Shown here piece after piece: positions 47,528 through 57,548 of a stretch of DNA of 64,000 nt. A program made the position numbers and the translations under genes. The notes beneath the pieces were generated by a model. That model was not told the DNA's origin and ran no database searches. It saw only the letters and a list, made by a program, of their open reading frames with translations. Source of the stretch: a virus; IMG/VR virus record IMGVR_UViG_3300030616_000017, positions 64,001-128,000 of that record; one strand, 5' to 3'. Position 1 is the stretch's first letter, and every line of letters starts with the position of its first letter.

Positions 47528-47920
47528 ATGATAGACAAGACAAAAGTTGAAGAATATTTGGATCTGTCTATTGAAATAGAAGATGCTGCAAATAAGCTTT
47601 TAGAATGGGCTGAAAAAGTTCCTGAAATTATAGTGCCTACTTATTCGGTTTTATCTTTTGAATATATTGAGGATAATAAACTCTGGTATACTGGATATGA
47701 AAATTATTGTGGTTATTCTGAAGATGTTGGTTTTATCCTTCCTTTAAATCTTCTTTATAGTGAAGAAAATCGCCAAGCCTATGTAAATAAGATAAAAGAA
47801 GAAAAACGTAAAAAGGAAGAACGGAAGAAACAAATAGAAAAAGAAAAGAAAGTAAAGCGTCAGAAAGAGCTCTTTGAATATTATCAAGAACTCAAGAAAG
47901 AGTTTGAAGGAAAGGAGTAA
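47528..47920 (+). CDS. hypothetical protein
   Basis: ORF within the operon. Confidence 0.5.
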   Translation: MIDKTKVEEYLDLSIEIEDAANKLLEWAEKVPEIIVPTYSVLSFEYIEDNKLWYTGYENYCGYSEDVGFILPLNLLYSEENRQAYVNKIKEEKRKKEERKKQIEKEKKVKRQKELFEYYQELKKEFEGKE

Positions 47921-47923
47921 AAA

Positions 47924-48304
47924 ATGGAACTTGTGCAGTACGTAACAGATGAAAAAGGAAAAAAGATTGGCTGTTTGGTATCCACTGGAAAGGGAAAGAT
48001 TGGTTGGAGTATTTGTCATCGACTAGATACCTTTAACAAACAGAAGGCAAGGGAAATTGCAAGAGGCCGAGCTGAAAAGGGAAAGAAAATGGTGATTGTA
48101 GACTCGAATGATACAGCTATGACTATTTTTTCTCAAAGCTTTATTATTGCGAAGGAAGAATATAATATGATTCTGAATGATCCTTTGTCTAAATGGGATG
48201 TGGCTTCTGAGATTGTTTTCGCTCCTCGTGAGTATAAAAGACATTTTATGCTTAAAGCAGCAAAGAAGTTCGAAGAACGAGTTAACAAGTACTACAAGGA
48301 CTAA
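47924..48304 (+). CDS. hypothetical protein
   Basis: RBS; IGWSICH..D.F motif. Confidence 0.6.
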   Translation: MELVQYVTDEKGKKIGCLVSTGKGKIGWSICHRLDTFNKQKAREIARGRAEKGKKMVIVDSNDTAMTIFSQSFIIAKEEYNMILNDPLSKWDVASEIVFAPREYKRHFMLKAAKKFEERVNKYYKD

Positions 48305-48467
48305 GATATGAATCTGAAGCTAAAGTATCAGAAATACAGATTTCGCCGGGGGCTTTTTGGAAGGATTATTCTTCAGGTTAGTCATGGAAGAAAAGCCCTT
48401 ACTTCCCCAGGAGACTTTAGGGACATATGGCGGGACGCTAAGATGACCGATTTTAAGGTGGAGGATA

Positions 48468-48773
48468 ATGGAGATTAAAAGAATTATTCAACTTAATCTA
48501 GATACTCCTGATTCTATTTATACAGATATTTGTAATATCATGGAAAATCAAGGTGTCTTTGTGCGCTGTGGCTCCCCTGATGATAAATGGATTGAGGGTA
48601 AGTGGCCCGATGAAGAAGCATATATGGCTTGGTTAGCCGCGATAGGTGTAGGAGGAAAAGTAGAAGACCCTCCATCAACTGTAGGTAATGAAAGAACTTG
48701 TCCTTTTTGTAAACTAGTAATTCCAAATGTTGGGAATTACTGCCCTTATTGTGGAGCTAATATATGCGATTAG
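48468..48773 (+). CDS. Zn-ribbon protein
   Basis: CPFC..CPYC. Confidence 0.55.
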   Translation: MEIKRIIQLNLDTPDSIYTDICNIMENQGVFVRCGSPDDKWIEGKWPDEEAYMAWLAAIGVGGKVEDPPSTVGNERTCPFCKLVIPNVGNYCPYCGANICD

Positions 48774-49123
48774 GAATAGTAGGTAGTAGAGACTTTACAG
48801 ACTTCGATTTTATGGAACAGCATATTTTTCAAAACTTCAAAGTTGACTATATCACAGCTATCGTTTCAGGTGGGGCTATGGGAGCAGATATACTTGCCGA
48901 ACGTTTTGCAGACAAATATAAAATACCTACACTTATCTACGAGCCAAAATGGGCTACATATGGTAAAAAAGCAGGCTATATGCGTAATATAGACATTGTG
49001 AAAAACAGTGACCATTTACTTGCTTTTTGGGACGGAAAAAGCAAAGGCACGTCCCACTCTATCAATTTAGCTAAAGATATTCTTGGACCAACAAAAGTCA
49101 CTATTGTTTACTTTACAAAATAA
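48764..49123 (+). CDS. SLOG/DUF2493-family protein
   Basis: GSRDF, SGGAMGAD, AG..RN, FWDG.SKGT. Confidence 0.85.
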   Translation: MRLGIVGSRDFTDFDFMEQHIFQNFKVDYITAIVSGGAMGADILAERFADKYKIPTLIYEPKWATYGKKAGYMRNIDIVKNSDHLLAFWDGKSKGTSHSINLAKDILGPTKVTIVYFTK

Positions 49124-49154
49124 TATTTTTTTGTTATATTATAGATGAAAGGAG

Positions 49155-50159
49155 ATGAAAATGCTTGAGAAAACAATGAAACAGATTCTTACTAAGAAAA
49201 TTAAAGCTTGGAAAGCAACGATTGAGGACACAGAAATTCAAAGGATCATAGATAAAGATCTTATTGTAACTGGTGGTTGTTTTACTTCTATGATTCTTAA
49301 TGAAGCCCCAAAGGATTATGATTGTTATTTTCGTACTAAAGAAAGTGTTCTTAAAGTGGCTAATTACTATGTAGATAAATGGAATGAAGAACATGGGAAA
49401 AAGAAAAACGGAGCGGGATATCATTCTAAAGTATTTGTGGTAGATGGAGACAATCCTTCTCAAGAGGTTCTTGAATATTTTCATGTTGAAGATCCTAATG
49501 AATCACGAGCAGTAATGATGAGTAATATCCAGAAAGGAAGAGTCAAGATCATTTATCCATCAGATGGAGTAGTGGGCGATCCTGAGGAAATTCATGCAAG
49601 TGAAGAGCTTGGAACCGCAGTAGAAAATATTGGAGAAATTGATGAAGTAAAAGCAGATGAAATTCTGGAAAAAGAAAAGAAAGAATATTTTCCTGTTTTT
49701 ATCTCTTCTAATGCAATAACCCTTTCTAATGGAGTTCAGATTGTAGTACGCTTCTATGGTGAGCCAAGTGATATTCATGATACATATGATTTTGAACATA
49801 CTAAAGCATACTACGATAACAAGGCTAAAGAAGTTGTAATTCCTAAAGAAGTTTATGAGATGGTTATTAATAAGACCCTCCGTTATTCAGGAAGCAGATA
49901 TCCTGTATGTAGTCTTTTTAGATTAAGAAAGTTTATCAATCGAGGGTGGAAGATAAACGCTGGTCAAATCCTCAAAATAGCTATGCAAGTGTCTGAACTT
50001 AATCTTATGGATATCAATGTTTTGGAAGATCAGCTTATCGGAGTAGATAGCCTTTACTTTATGAATCTTATTCATCAGTTCCGCAAACAGAAAGAAAAGA
50101 GTCCTGATTTTGAACTAACACCGAACTACATTATTTCTATTATTGATAAAATATTTTAA
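49155..50159 (+). CDS. nucleotidyltransferase-like protein
   Basis: TGG..SM....PKDYDCYF pol-beta-type motif; RLRKF..RGW. Confidence 0.6.
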   Translation: MKMLEKTMKQILTKKIKAWKATIEDTEIQRIIDKDLIVTGGCFTSMILNEAPKDYDCYFRTKESVLKVANYYVDKWNEEHGKKKNGAGYHSKVFVVDGDNPSQEVLEYFHVEDPNESRAVMMSNIQKGRVKIIYPSDGVVGDPEEIHASEELGTAVENIGEIDEVKADEILEKEKKEYFPVFISSNAITLSNGVQIVVRFYGEPSDIHDTYDFEHTKAYYDNKAKEVVIPKEVYEMVINKTLRYSGSRYPVCSLFRLRKFINRGWKINAGQILKIAMQVSELNLMDINVLEDQLIGVDSLYFMNLIHQFRKQKEKSPDFELTPNYIISIIDKIF

Positions 50160-50168
50160 GGAAAAATT

Positions 50169-50702
50169 ATGCCAGAAAACCATATAATGGTAGACCTTGA
50201 AACAATGAACTCCACTCCCGATTCTGCTATCACTTCAATAGGGGCTGTAAAGTTTAATCTCGATAAGGGGCTTATTACTGATGATTTTTATGTAAGAGTT
50301 AAGCTTCAATCTTGTCTTGATGTTGGTTTAACTATAGGAGCCGACACTATTCAATGGTGGCTAAAACAAAGTGAAGAAGCGAGAATGGAAATAGCCAAGC
50401 CAGGAGATTATCGAATTGAAGAAGCTTTAGAACAACTTAAAAAGTGGATGGGAGATTATCCTGTTGTTTGGGGCAATGGGGCTGCATTTGATAATGTTAT
50501 TCTTAAAAATGCATATAAGGCCGTAGGAGAAGAAGCTCCGTGGCCCTATTGGAATGATAGATGTTTTAGAACATTAAAAGCTCTGTTGCCTAAAATAAAG
50601 TTTGAAAGAAAAGGAGCCCATATAGCAGTTGAAGATGCCCGTTATCAGGCTATTTATCTTATGAAAGCATTGGGAGTATACGGTGGCGAAGAAAAAAACT
50701 AA
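50169..50702 (+). CDS. DEDDh 3'-5' exonuclease
   Basis: DLET, WGNGAAFD, H.A..DA. Confidence 0.9.
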   Translation: MPENHIMVDLETMNSTPDSAITSIGAVKFNLDKGLITDDFYVRVKLQSCLDVGLTIGADTIQWWLKQSEEARMEIAKPGDYRIEEALEQLKKWMGDYPVVWGNGAAFDNVILKNAYKAVGEEAPWPYWNDRCFRTLKALLPKIKFERKGAHIAVEDARYQAIYLMKALGVYGGEEKN

Positions 50703-50894
50703 AGATACGGAGCTTACACCGAAGCAAAAGAAAAAAGTAGAAGCTTCTAAAAGGAGACCTTCTTTATCAGACTTTATAGGTCTTAAACTTACAGATGTAA
50801 GTGGTGAGGATGGAAAAGCATATTTACATTTTTCTAACAATTATAAGCTTATCTTATCAGGTAATATATCATTTAAGGTAGAGGAAGTAAATAA

Positions 50895-51560
50895 ATGATA
50901 AAGATTAAGAATGTCAAGATTTATGGATTAGAAGAATCAATTAAACGTAGTGGTTATCCAATGCAGTGTGGAGAGCCAGATGATTTTGGATTTTTTGGAG
51001 TATTACCTACTGCAAAGCCTACAGAAGAACAAGAATCGGTTTGGCAGGATAATATCATTCTTTCTGATAAAGATTGGAACAGAGCAGAAAAGTTAAGTAG
51101 TGTCCGAACAGGAACAGGACATGATAATTTTCTAAAAGGAATTGTTGTACAATTTGATCTTAAATATCCTCTCTATTTTACCAAACAGCTACAGCGGTAT
51201 CATTTTATTGATTTTGTTTCTTCTCAATCCACCATGCATAGTGTTACTAAGAGAGGATCTATTGCTCCTTTTTGTAATAAGTATGTGGAGCATCATATAA
51301 TTGAATTAGTGAATCTTTTTATTCAGTCTTACAATAATGCAAAACTTAAAGAAGATAAGTATTTTTGGTTTATGAAGATTGTTTCTAATCTTCCTTCTGG
51401 ATTTGAACTTTGGGCTGGAATGACAACGAATTATCTTCAGCTTAAAACAATTTATCAGCAACGCAAAAAGCATAAGTTGAAAGAAGATTGGGGTGAATTT
51501 TGTGAATGGATAGAAACATTACCTTATTTTAGAGACTGGGTTATCAAGGAAAAGAAATGA
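50895..51560 (+). CDS. divergent ThyX-like protein
   Basis: GH..FL, QRYH..SQSTMH, TNY.QL, W..FC. Confidence 0.45.
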   Translation: MIKIKNVKIYGLEESIKRSGYPMQCGEPDDFGFFGVLPTAKPTEEQESVWQDNIILSDKDWNRAEKLSSVRTGTGHDNFLKGIVVQFDLKYPLYFTKQLQRYHFIDFVSSQSTMHSVTKRGSIAPFCNKYVEHHIIELVNLFIQSYNNAKLKEDKYFWFMKIVSNLPSGFELWAGMTTNYLQLKTIYQQRKKHKLKEDWGEFCEWIETLPYFRDWVIKEKK

Positions 51561-51892
51561 TAATAAGAGACAGAGAAGAAAAATTAATTCGTGTGAAAAT
51601 CGAAAACGAATGGCCTGAAGCTATCAGTGACGGGCTTAATATTTCTTGTGCCTGGTGCGGAAGAAAGGTTTTTTTAGACTACGCTGTTAAAGATGAGATT
51701 TGGAAGAAAGTAGTTCCTCCTGCCGATCGTCCTAAAGTTATTTGTATCGATTGTTTTCTCAAAGAAGCTCTTAGATTAAAAATAGATGTAGGAACAGCAT
51801 TTGAGGATATCCAGATTGTTACAGGAGCAGGGCAAACTATACAAATGCTTCCTACAGTAGTATTTCATTATGAGGATTGGATAAATGAGTAA
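51557..51892 (+). CDS. Zn-finger hypothetical protein
   Basis: CAWC..W..CIDC. Confidence 0.55.
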   Translation: MIIRDREEKLIRVKIENEWPEAISDGLNISCAWCGRKVFLDYAVKDEIWKKVVPPADRPKVICIDCFLKEALRLKIDVGTAFEDIQIVTGAGQTIQMLPTVVFHYEDWINE

Positions 51893-52308
51893 TGATAAAA
51901 CTTTTAAAATATCAGGGGTAGAGGGATGAAAACAAAAAAAGCTAAAGTATTTTCGTTTATTGGTTTGCTAACAATTCTGTTTATACTGATGGTAATAGGA
52001 GTTGTAGCAGTACATTTTAATTGGGGAGACAACGGACCTTTTGTATGCTTTTTCTGTGGTGCATTAGCTGCTAAGGTTGTCGATTGGTTTGGCAAGATGA
52101 GTGATGAAGAAGAAAAAGAGGTAACAGATGGAAAATAGTGTAGGTTTTTCTCTTCTATCACTAACTGTTTATCCTAATATTGATTTTTCTGTAGGGACTG
52201 TTCATATAGGAGAGAGTGCTATCTCTCTTTTTAGGGTTAAGGTTTTTGAAAACGGGGTAACTGTATTTCATAGTTTGGGATTAAACTTTGCAATAGGAGA
52301 AATATCTG

Positions 52309-52668
52309 ATGATTACCAGGACAAAGAGTAAACGGACTATTTACATTTCAGGGCCAATGGAAGGAAAACCCAATAACAACTTTGCAGCATTTGAAGAAGC
52401 AGAGGAAATGCTAAAAGGGATGGGGTATGAGGTTATCAACCCCGCTAAACTTGCTGTCGATTCTAATTTTATAATTACCAATACTCCCAATAGACAGGAT
52501 TATTATCGAAAGGATGTTAGAGCTCTTTCATATTGTACTGATATTTTTATGCTAAAGGATTGGAACCTCTCTCATGGAGCAAAGTTTGAAAGGTATGTTG
52601 CTCTTGAAATTGGGGTAAAAATTCATTATTTTGGTGAGGTAGAAAGCGGGGTTTTGCGAGAAAGATAA
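52309..52668 (+). CDS. DUF4406 / nucleoside deoxyribosyltransferase-like protein
   Basis: IYISGPM, N..AF, NPA, W..S.GA..E. Confidence 0.85.
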   Translation: MITRTKSKRTIYISGPMEGKPNNNFAAFEEAEEMLKGMGYEVINPAKLAVDSNFIITNTPNRQDYYRKDVRALSYCTDIFMLKDWNLSHGAKFERYVALEIGVKIHYFGEVESGVLRER

Positions 52669-52685
52669 TACTAATATAATATGAA

Positions 52686-52955
52686 GCATACCTTCTATTG
52701 CTTGCCGATCCTAATTAGCTTAAAGGTAAAAGTGTCCTCACATCATCAAACAGAAAGTAGGGTTTTGAGAGCTCTCCCCACCGAGCTGTTTGTAGAGGAA
52801 GAGACGTGGGTTCAATTCCCGCGATTAGCCGTAGAATAGTAAAAGAAGAGTATGTAACCCTTTCTGAAAAGGAGGTTGCTTTTTGAAGTTTTTCTAATAA
52901 CATTCACTACTTGCGTTGCAAGAAAGCAAACCAAAAATGAAAGGAGTAAAAACAT
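52686..52955 (+). ncRNA. structured ncRNA containing a tRNA-like domain (52711-52828)
   Basis: D-arm, TCCTC/GAGGA stem and T-arm GTGGG-TTCAATT-CCCGC enclosed by a long stem; ACTAATA motif upstream, terminator downstream. Confidence 0.65.
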
Positions 52956-52956
52956 C

Positions 52957-52980
52957 AACCCCTCTTTTTGAGGGGTTTTT
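52957..52980 (+). terminator. intrinsic terminator
   Basis: AACCCCTC/GAGGGGTT plus T run. Confidence 0.85.
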
Positions 52981-53036
52981 ATTTACAAATACAAAGAAAG
53001 TTGTTATATTATAAATAGAGACATAAACATAGGAAG

Positions 53037-54347
53037 GTGAAGTATATGAGTTTGAGAGAAGGCATCCGCCAAAAAGTTCTTATTCGAGCGCTAGATCAAA
53101 CACCTTGGGCTGTTAGTCTAGGGTTCGACTTTACAGCTGAGCACGAATGGGGCGTAAAAGCTATCGCGGAGAAACTTGGAATAGAAGAGAAGCCTAAAAA
53201 TTGGAAGAATCTCTTAGTGCGCAAAACCTCAGAATTGCACATTGGGGAGACGAAGACTAAAGAGGAAGACACTCTTTACTACCTCTCCACTACAGAAGAC
53301 CCTCTTGTAGTAAAAGAAAAACTTAATTATCTCAAGCCTAAAGAGGATATGTTCACTTTTTGGAATTGGGATGATTTTGTAATCTTCTTCCGGAGAGAGT
53401 ACGATAGAGACTCTCTATATGCAAAATTCAAGGAAAAGAAGATGATGGTAGGCACAGTACTTCCTGTCCGCACATACTTGCAAGAAGTCTACGGAAAGGA
53501 AGCTGGAGGTTTGATTTTTATAGATCAGACACATCTGCCTACTTCTGTTAAAGTAGAGATAGGGGAGTACTATCGTCAGCGTCACAATCTGGATATTGTG
53601 GCTAAGAATACACAAGTGGAGCAAGCACTTGAAAAAGTTAGTCAGCAATGGAAGAAAACTTTTCCAAATAGCTTCAGTTCCCCATGGGCTACCTTTAGCA
53701 TTCACCCCACATGGATCGAGCAGACATCTTTGGATGAGACCTCTTCCGAACACGCTGTTGCTTTCTTTATTAACCCAATGTACCAAGATGCAGTAGCATC
53801 AGGATGGTTTACTGTTGAGCAGATATTTGATTGGGTCAATGAAGAGGTAAAAGAAGGGGGAATGATTAAAGATAAAGCTGAGTGGGAAAAAGTCGTTTTT
53901 TCTTGTAAGAACCATTCTCTTTACTCTGTTTTTCATCATTATAAGAATTTTAATCATTACGAAAGCAAGCATTGGAGTACCGGCAAGAGACATCCTCACG
54001 AACAGGTAAGAATTCTTAAAAAAGATTTTGATGATGAGGAAACCTTTTCGACTATTGAAGCACACATTAAGTGGATTATGCGCGATGCTCTAAATGCTCA
54101 AAATTATATTACCCCTTCTACTATAGCTGATTACAATTTTGTTCTTCCTGTCTCTATTCAAGAGAGAACGTTTGGCATTTTTGAAGCACTATCAGCTATG
54201 GGTTTTTGCTATTTCGGAGCTGTGAATCATCCAGAGGAAAAAGAGAATGCTTCCTACTTGCTCGAGAAACTGCATGCAGAGGTAATACTAGAAATTGTAA
54301 GAGAATATTACCCTAATGAAATTCAAAGTACTTGGTTTGACAACTAA
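53037..54347 (+). CDS. hypothetical protein
   Basis: 436-aa ORF with a consensus promoter upstream. Confidence 0.7.
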   Translation: MKYMSLREGIRQKVLIRALDQTPWAVSLGFDFTAEHEWGVKAIAEKLGIEEKPKNWKNLLVRKTSELHIGETKTKEEDTLYYLSTTEDPLVVKEKLNYLKPKEDMFTFWNWDDFVIFFRREYDRDSLYAKFKEKKMMVGTVLPVRTYLQEVYGKEAGGLIFIDQTHLPTSVKVEIGEYYRQRHNLDIVAKNTQVEQALEKVSQQWKKTFPNSFSSPWATFSIHPTWIEQTSLDETSSEHAVAFFINPMYQDAVASGWFTVEQIFDWVNEEVKEGGMIKDKAEWEKVVFSCKNHSLYSVFHHYKNFNHYESKHWSTGKRHPHEQVRILKKDFDDEETFSTIEAHIKWIMRDALNAQNYITPSTIADYNFVLPVSIQERTFGIFEALSAMGFCYFGAVNHPEEKENASYLLEKLHAEVILEIVREYYPNEIQSTWFDN

Positions 54348-54595
54348 GAAGGAGAAAACAAAGTATGTCCGGAGAAAAGGTTTTTGATAAACGAGAAATC
54401 GATAGAATGCATAAAGGGGAGTTGTATCGAGAAAGAAGCTCAACTGAGCGCCAGATCAGAACACAAATTCAACATCTTGAACGGCTTGGGCCTACAGACA
54501 AATACCATGATATTAGAAGACAGCATCTCCGTGTATTATACGAAAAGAGATCTTATATAGAGAAGAGAATCAAAGAACTAAATAAAGGATAAAAA

Positions 54596-55018
54596 ATGCC
54601 TACTCAAATTAAAATTGATCATAACTCATACTTTAATGGGTTAGCAGATGAGAAACTTGTGGTGTTATTATCTCGCTACGTGACTACATCTTCTCCTCAA
54701 GATGTTACACAGGAATTTATAAGAGAAGAACTAGGATCTATTTCTGAAGCTTTTGTATACAAAATGCTTCTTTCATATAAAGAAAACTTAATTAGAGAAG
54801 CAGCCAAAAGATGGTATGCTAAAGAGAAAAAGAATAATCAGCAATATATCTTACAATGCTTAACTTGTAAGCACATTGAGTTGGTTACAAAAGAAGAAAA
54901 AGATAAATTAGAAAAGGCTTTTTCAGTTTGTGGAGCCTATTGGTGGCGTTGCCCCGTATGTGGTGTTAATCACTATTTAAAAGATATTTTGGTAAATGCC
55001 AAAATAAAAGGAGAATAA
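54596..55018 (+). CDS. Zn-ribbon hypothetical protein
   Basis: CLTC..CPVC. Confidence 0.55.
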   Translation: MPTQIKIDHNSYFNGLADEKLVVLLSRYVTTSSPQDVTQEFIREELGSISEAFVYKMLLSYKENLIREAAKRWYAKEKKNNQQYILQCLTCKHIELVTKEEKDKLEKAFSVCGAYWWRCPVCGVNHYLKDILVNAKIKGE

Positions 55019-55212
55019 ATATGAAAGGCTATAGAATAAGAAGAATCTATTTTCATGTCACTCCGTGGACGGATTGGTTTATAATTCCAACACTTCGAGT
55101 TTATCGCGCTAGTGTAGAGAAGAGTTCTTTAGTGGCTTATGTAGAAGTGGGTGTAATGTTTTTGAAATGGGAAGTTGTATGTACTTATTATCCTGGTAGA
55201 AAGGTATAAAAA

Positions 55213-56049
55213 ATGATAGACCCTAAAAGCTATCAACTATTAAGAAGCGAAGAAGAACTGGAATGGTTCTATGAAAATGTAATGCCTCCTTTGAATAATC
55301 ATGAGGTGTATTTTCTCTCTCTTAGTGCAAGAAAAAAACTTCTCACCGATTTTGAAAAGCAAACAATTCAGCTTGGTAGAACAGAAATGTTTGAAAGAAG
55401 AATTGTAAGAACAAAAGAATGGAATCGGCTGTATAGAACCGTTCGAAAGTTTGAAGCGAATTGGGGAGCATATACAAGTAAAAGAGGTTCTAATATTCCT
55501 AATCATGCAATAGTGGTGTATGTTAATATTAATCCTTCTGATGTTCTTAAAGCATATAAAGAGTTTAACCAAACTATGAATGAATATATGTATGAGCTGG
55601 TTCAATGTGCTGCAGAAAAGAGAAGTACAGACAATATTCTTTATCGTATCAAAAAACAAGATACACTTCTTATGAATTGCTATCAGAAGAATAGGGGAAC
55701 AAAACATTGGATGGATTTTGATTTCGATATTCCTAGAAGCCCAAAAATTCTTTCTATTTTATACTTGTTCGTTGAAGAGATTAAAGAACATAAAGGAAAA
55801 GCATATATTGTAGAGACACAAGGAGGATACCATATCTTAGTAAGTATGGATACTGAATTTAATCAGCAGTTTAACCCTCCTGTTTTAACTAAAAAATATG
55901 GAGAGGCCATTGCAAGATACATATCTCAAGGAGCTTGTGCAAAGATAGAAAACTTAGGGTATGAAGTAATTCATAATAAGAATGCTATGATCCCTCTTCC
56001 AGGAACTGTGCATAATGGTACGTTAGTAAAAATTCTAAATAAGGAGTAA
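55213..56049 (+). CDS. AEP-like protein
   Basis: MDFDFD, ETQGGYH, PLPGT. Confidence 0.5.
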   Translation: MIDPKSYQLLRSEEELEWFYENVMPPLNNHEVYFLSLSARKKLLTDFEKQTIQLGRTEMFERRIVRTKEWNRLYRTVRKFEANWGAYTSKRGSNIPNHAIVVYVNINPSDVLKAYKEFNQTMNEYMYELVQCAAEKRSTDNILYRIKKQDTLLMNCYQKNRGTKHWMDFDFDIPRSPKILSILYLFVEEIKEHKGKAYIVETQGGYHILVSMDTEFNQQFNPPVLTKKYGEAIARYISQGACAKIENLGYEVIHNKNAMIPLPGTVHNGTLVKILNKE

Positions 56050-56288
56050 TAAGATGGATGTGGATGTAACAGTTACTATCAACATTAGGGGCATGAAGAT
56101 CGAACTTGATCTAAACGAAGTAGATGAACTTCGTCTTAAACTAGAGGAAATAGGTAATAGGTTCGGAGGGCCAAGGCAAATTGAGTATATTCCAATTGCT
56201 CCGCATACTCCCCCTATAGATCCTCCTTGGGTAAATCCTTGGACTAATCCTACCATCACCTATTCTGTTGGAACAAGGAGTAAAGCAA

Positions 56289-56891
56289 ATGATTAGGCAA
56301 TGGTTCACCTCTGATTGGCACCTGAGACATCAGAATATGGCTAAACTAAGAGGCTTTGAAAGTGTAGAAAAAATGGATACACTTATTTATAATCATCTTA
56401 TAGAAAAAGTTCAAAAGCATGATGAGCTGTATGTGCTAGGTGATCTGGGATGGGAAGTTCCGGTTGTAGAGGAAATTCTTAAACTGCTCAAGCAAATGAA
56501 AGTTAAAGTTTATTGGGTTACAGGAAACCACGACAAGCGTCTGCCTCTTACTAAACTTGCTCCTTACTGTGTGGAGATTCAACAAACGCGAATAGTTAGG
56601 AATGTAGATGGTAATGGTCGCAAGTTTTTTCTTTCACATTATCCTCACGTTGTGTTTGAGAATTCTTTTCGAGATTCTATCAATCTTTACGGGCATGTTC
56701 ATAAAAGCAGTAAAGAGTTTTTAGAAGTTGAAGATATGATGAGAGGACAAGCCCTAAATGTTAACGTAGAGTTGCATGATTATTATCCTCTCTCAAAAGA
56801 AGAAATTCTTGAAAAAGTTTCAAAGAAAGAACACAATTGGGACTATGTTGTTTTCCAAAGAGAAATAGAAAGGGAGAAAAATAATGTATGA
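56289..56891 (+). CDS. calcineurin-like metallophosphoesterase
   Basis: SDWH..H, LGD, GNHD, SHYP, GHVH, NVNV. Confidence 0.9.
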   Translation: MIRQWFTSDWHLRHQNMAKLRGFESVEKMDTLIYNHLIEKVQKHDELYVLGDLGWEVPVVEEILKLLKQMKVKVYWVTGNHDKRLPLTKLAPYCVEIQQTRIVRNVDGNGRKFFLSHYPHVVFENSFRDSINLYGHVHKSSKEFLEVEDMMRGQALNVNVELHDYYPLSKEEILEKVSKKEHNWDYVVFQREIEREKNNV

Positions 56892-57204
56892 AGGAATAAA
56901 AATTGAAAACTTCATAAGTGAAATAAGCCCTTTAAGAAAGACTAACCCTGCTACAGGAAAAGAAACGGTTCGATTTCTGTTCTCAGGGGATGGGAGGGGA
57001 GATTTTACCAAAAGAGGCTACGATGCCTCTGTTGATGCCCTCGTGGATTATTGGGCTTATCTCACCAAGCAGTTAGATTTTGTTTCAGAAATTGTTTCTG
57101 AAAAATACAAAAGCACCAATCTTCCAGAAGAAGATAAAGAAAAGATCCAAAAACATTTAGAACAGATATATAAAGAAACTTTAGCTATTTTTAGAAAAGA
57201 TTAG
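56884..57204 (+). CDS. hypothetical protein
   Basis: Coupled ORF. Confidence 0.55.
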   Translation: MYEGIKIENFISEISPLRKTNPATGKETVRFLFSGDGRGDFTKRGYDASVDALVDYWAYLTKQLDFVSEIVSEKYKSTNLPEEDKEKIQKHLEQIYKETLAIFRKD

Positions 57205-57271
57205 CGTTTTTTCTTGAAATCTTTCTGATTTTATGTTATAATATAGAAAGACACAAGAAAGGAGGCAGAAG

Positions 57272-57535
57272 ATGATTATAACAAAGCATGCGGAGAAGCG
57301 CTTACGTTCACGTGTAGGCATTCCTAAGAAAGCTGTTAAGAGGTATGTAGAAATTGCCACTACAAAAGGAACACCTCATACCGAGCTTAAAGGCCAGCTA
57401 AAGGAGTATGCTGATAAGATGGAGAAGGAGTACGCAATAGAGGGAAGTAACTACTACGTATTTGGTACTATTATGTTTGTGTGTGCTAATGATGTGCTGA
57501 TTACCGTATATCCTCTGAGAGGAGGCTTGACTTAA
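57272..57535 (+). CDS. hypothetical protein (ITKHA..R motif, DUF4258-like)
   Basis: Promoter plus RBS; ITKHAEKR..LITVY. Confidence 0.55.
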   Translation: MIITKHAEKRLRSRVGIPKKAVKRYVEIATTKGTPHTELKGQLKEYADKMEKEYAIEGSNYYVFGTIMFVCANDVLITVYPLRGGLT

Positions 57536-57548
57536 AAAGGAGAAAACT

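Noticed and set aside
52715-52903. 62-aa minus-strand ORF
   Set aside because: Antisense to the tRNA-like RNA, no RBS, and opposite to local transcription.
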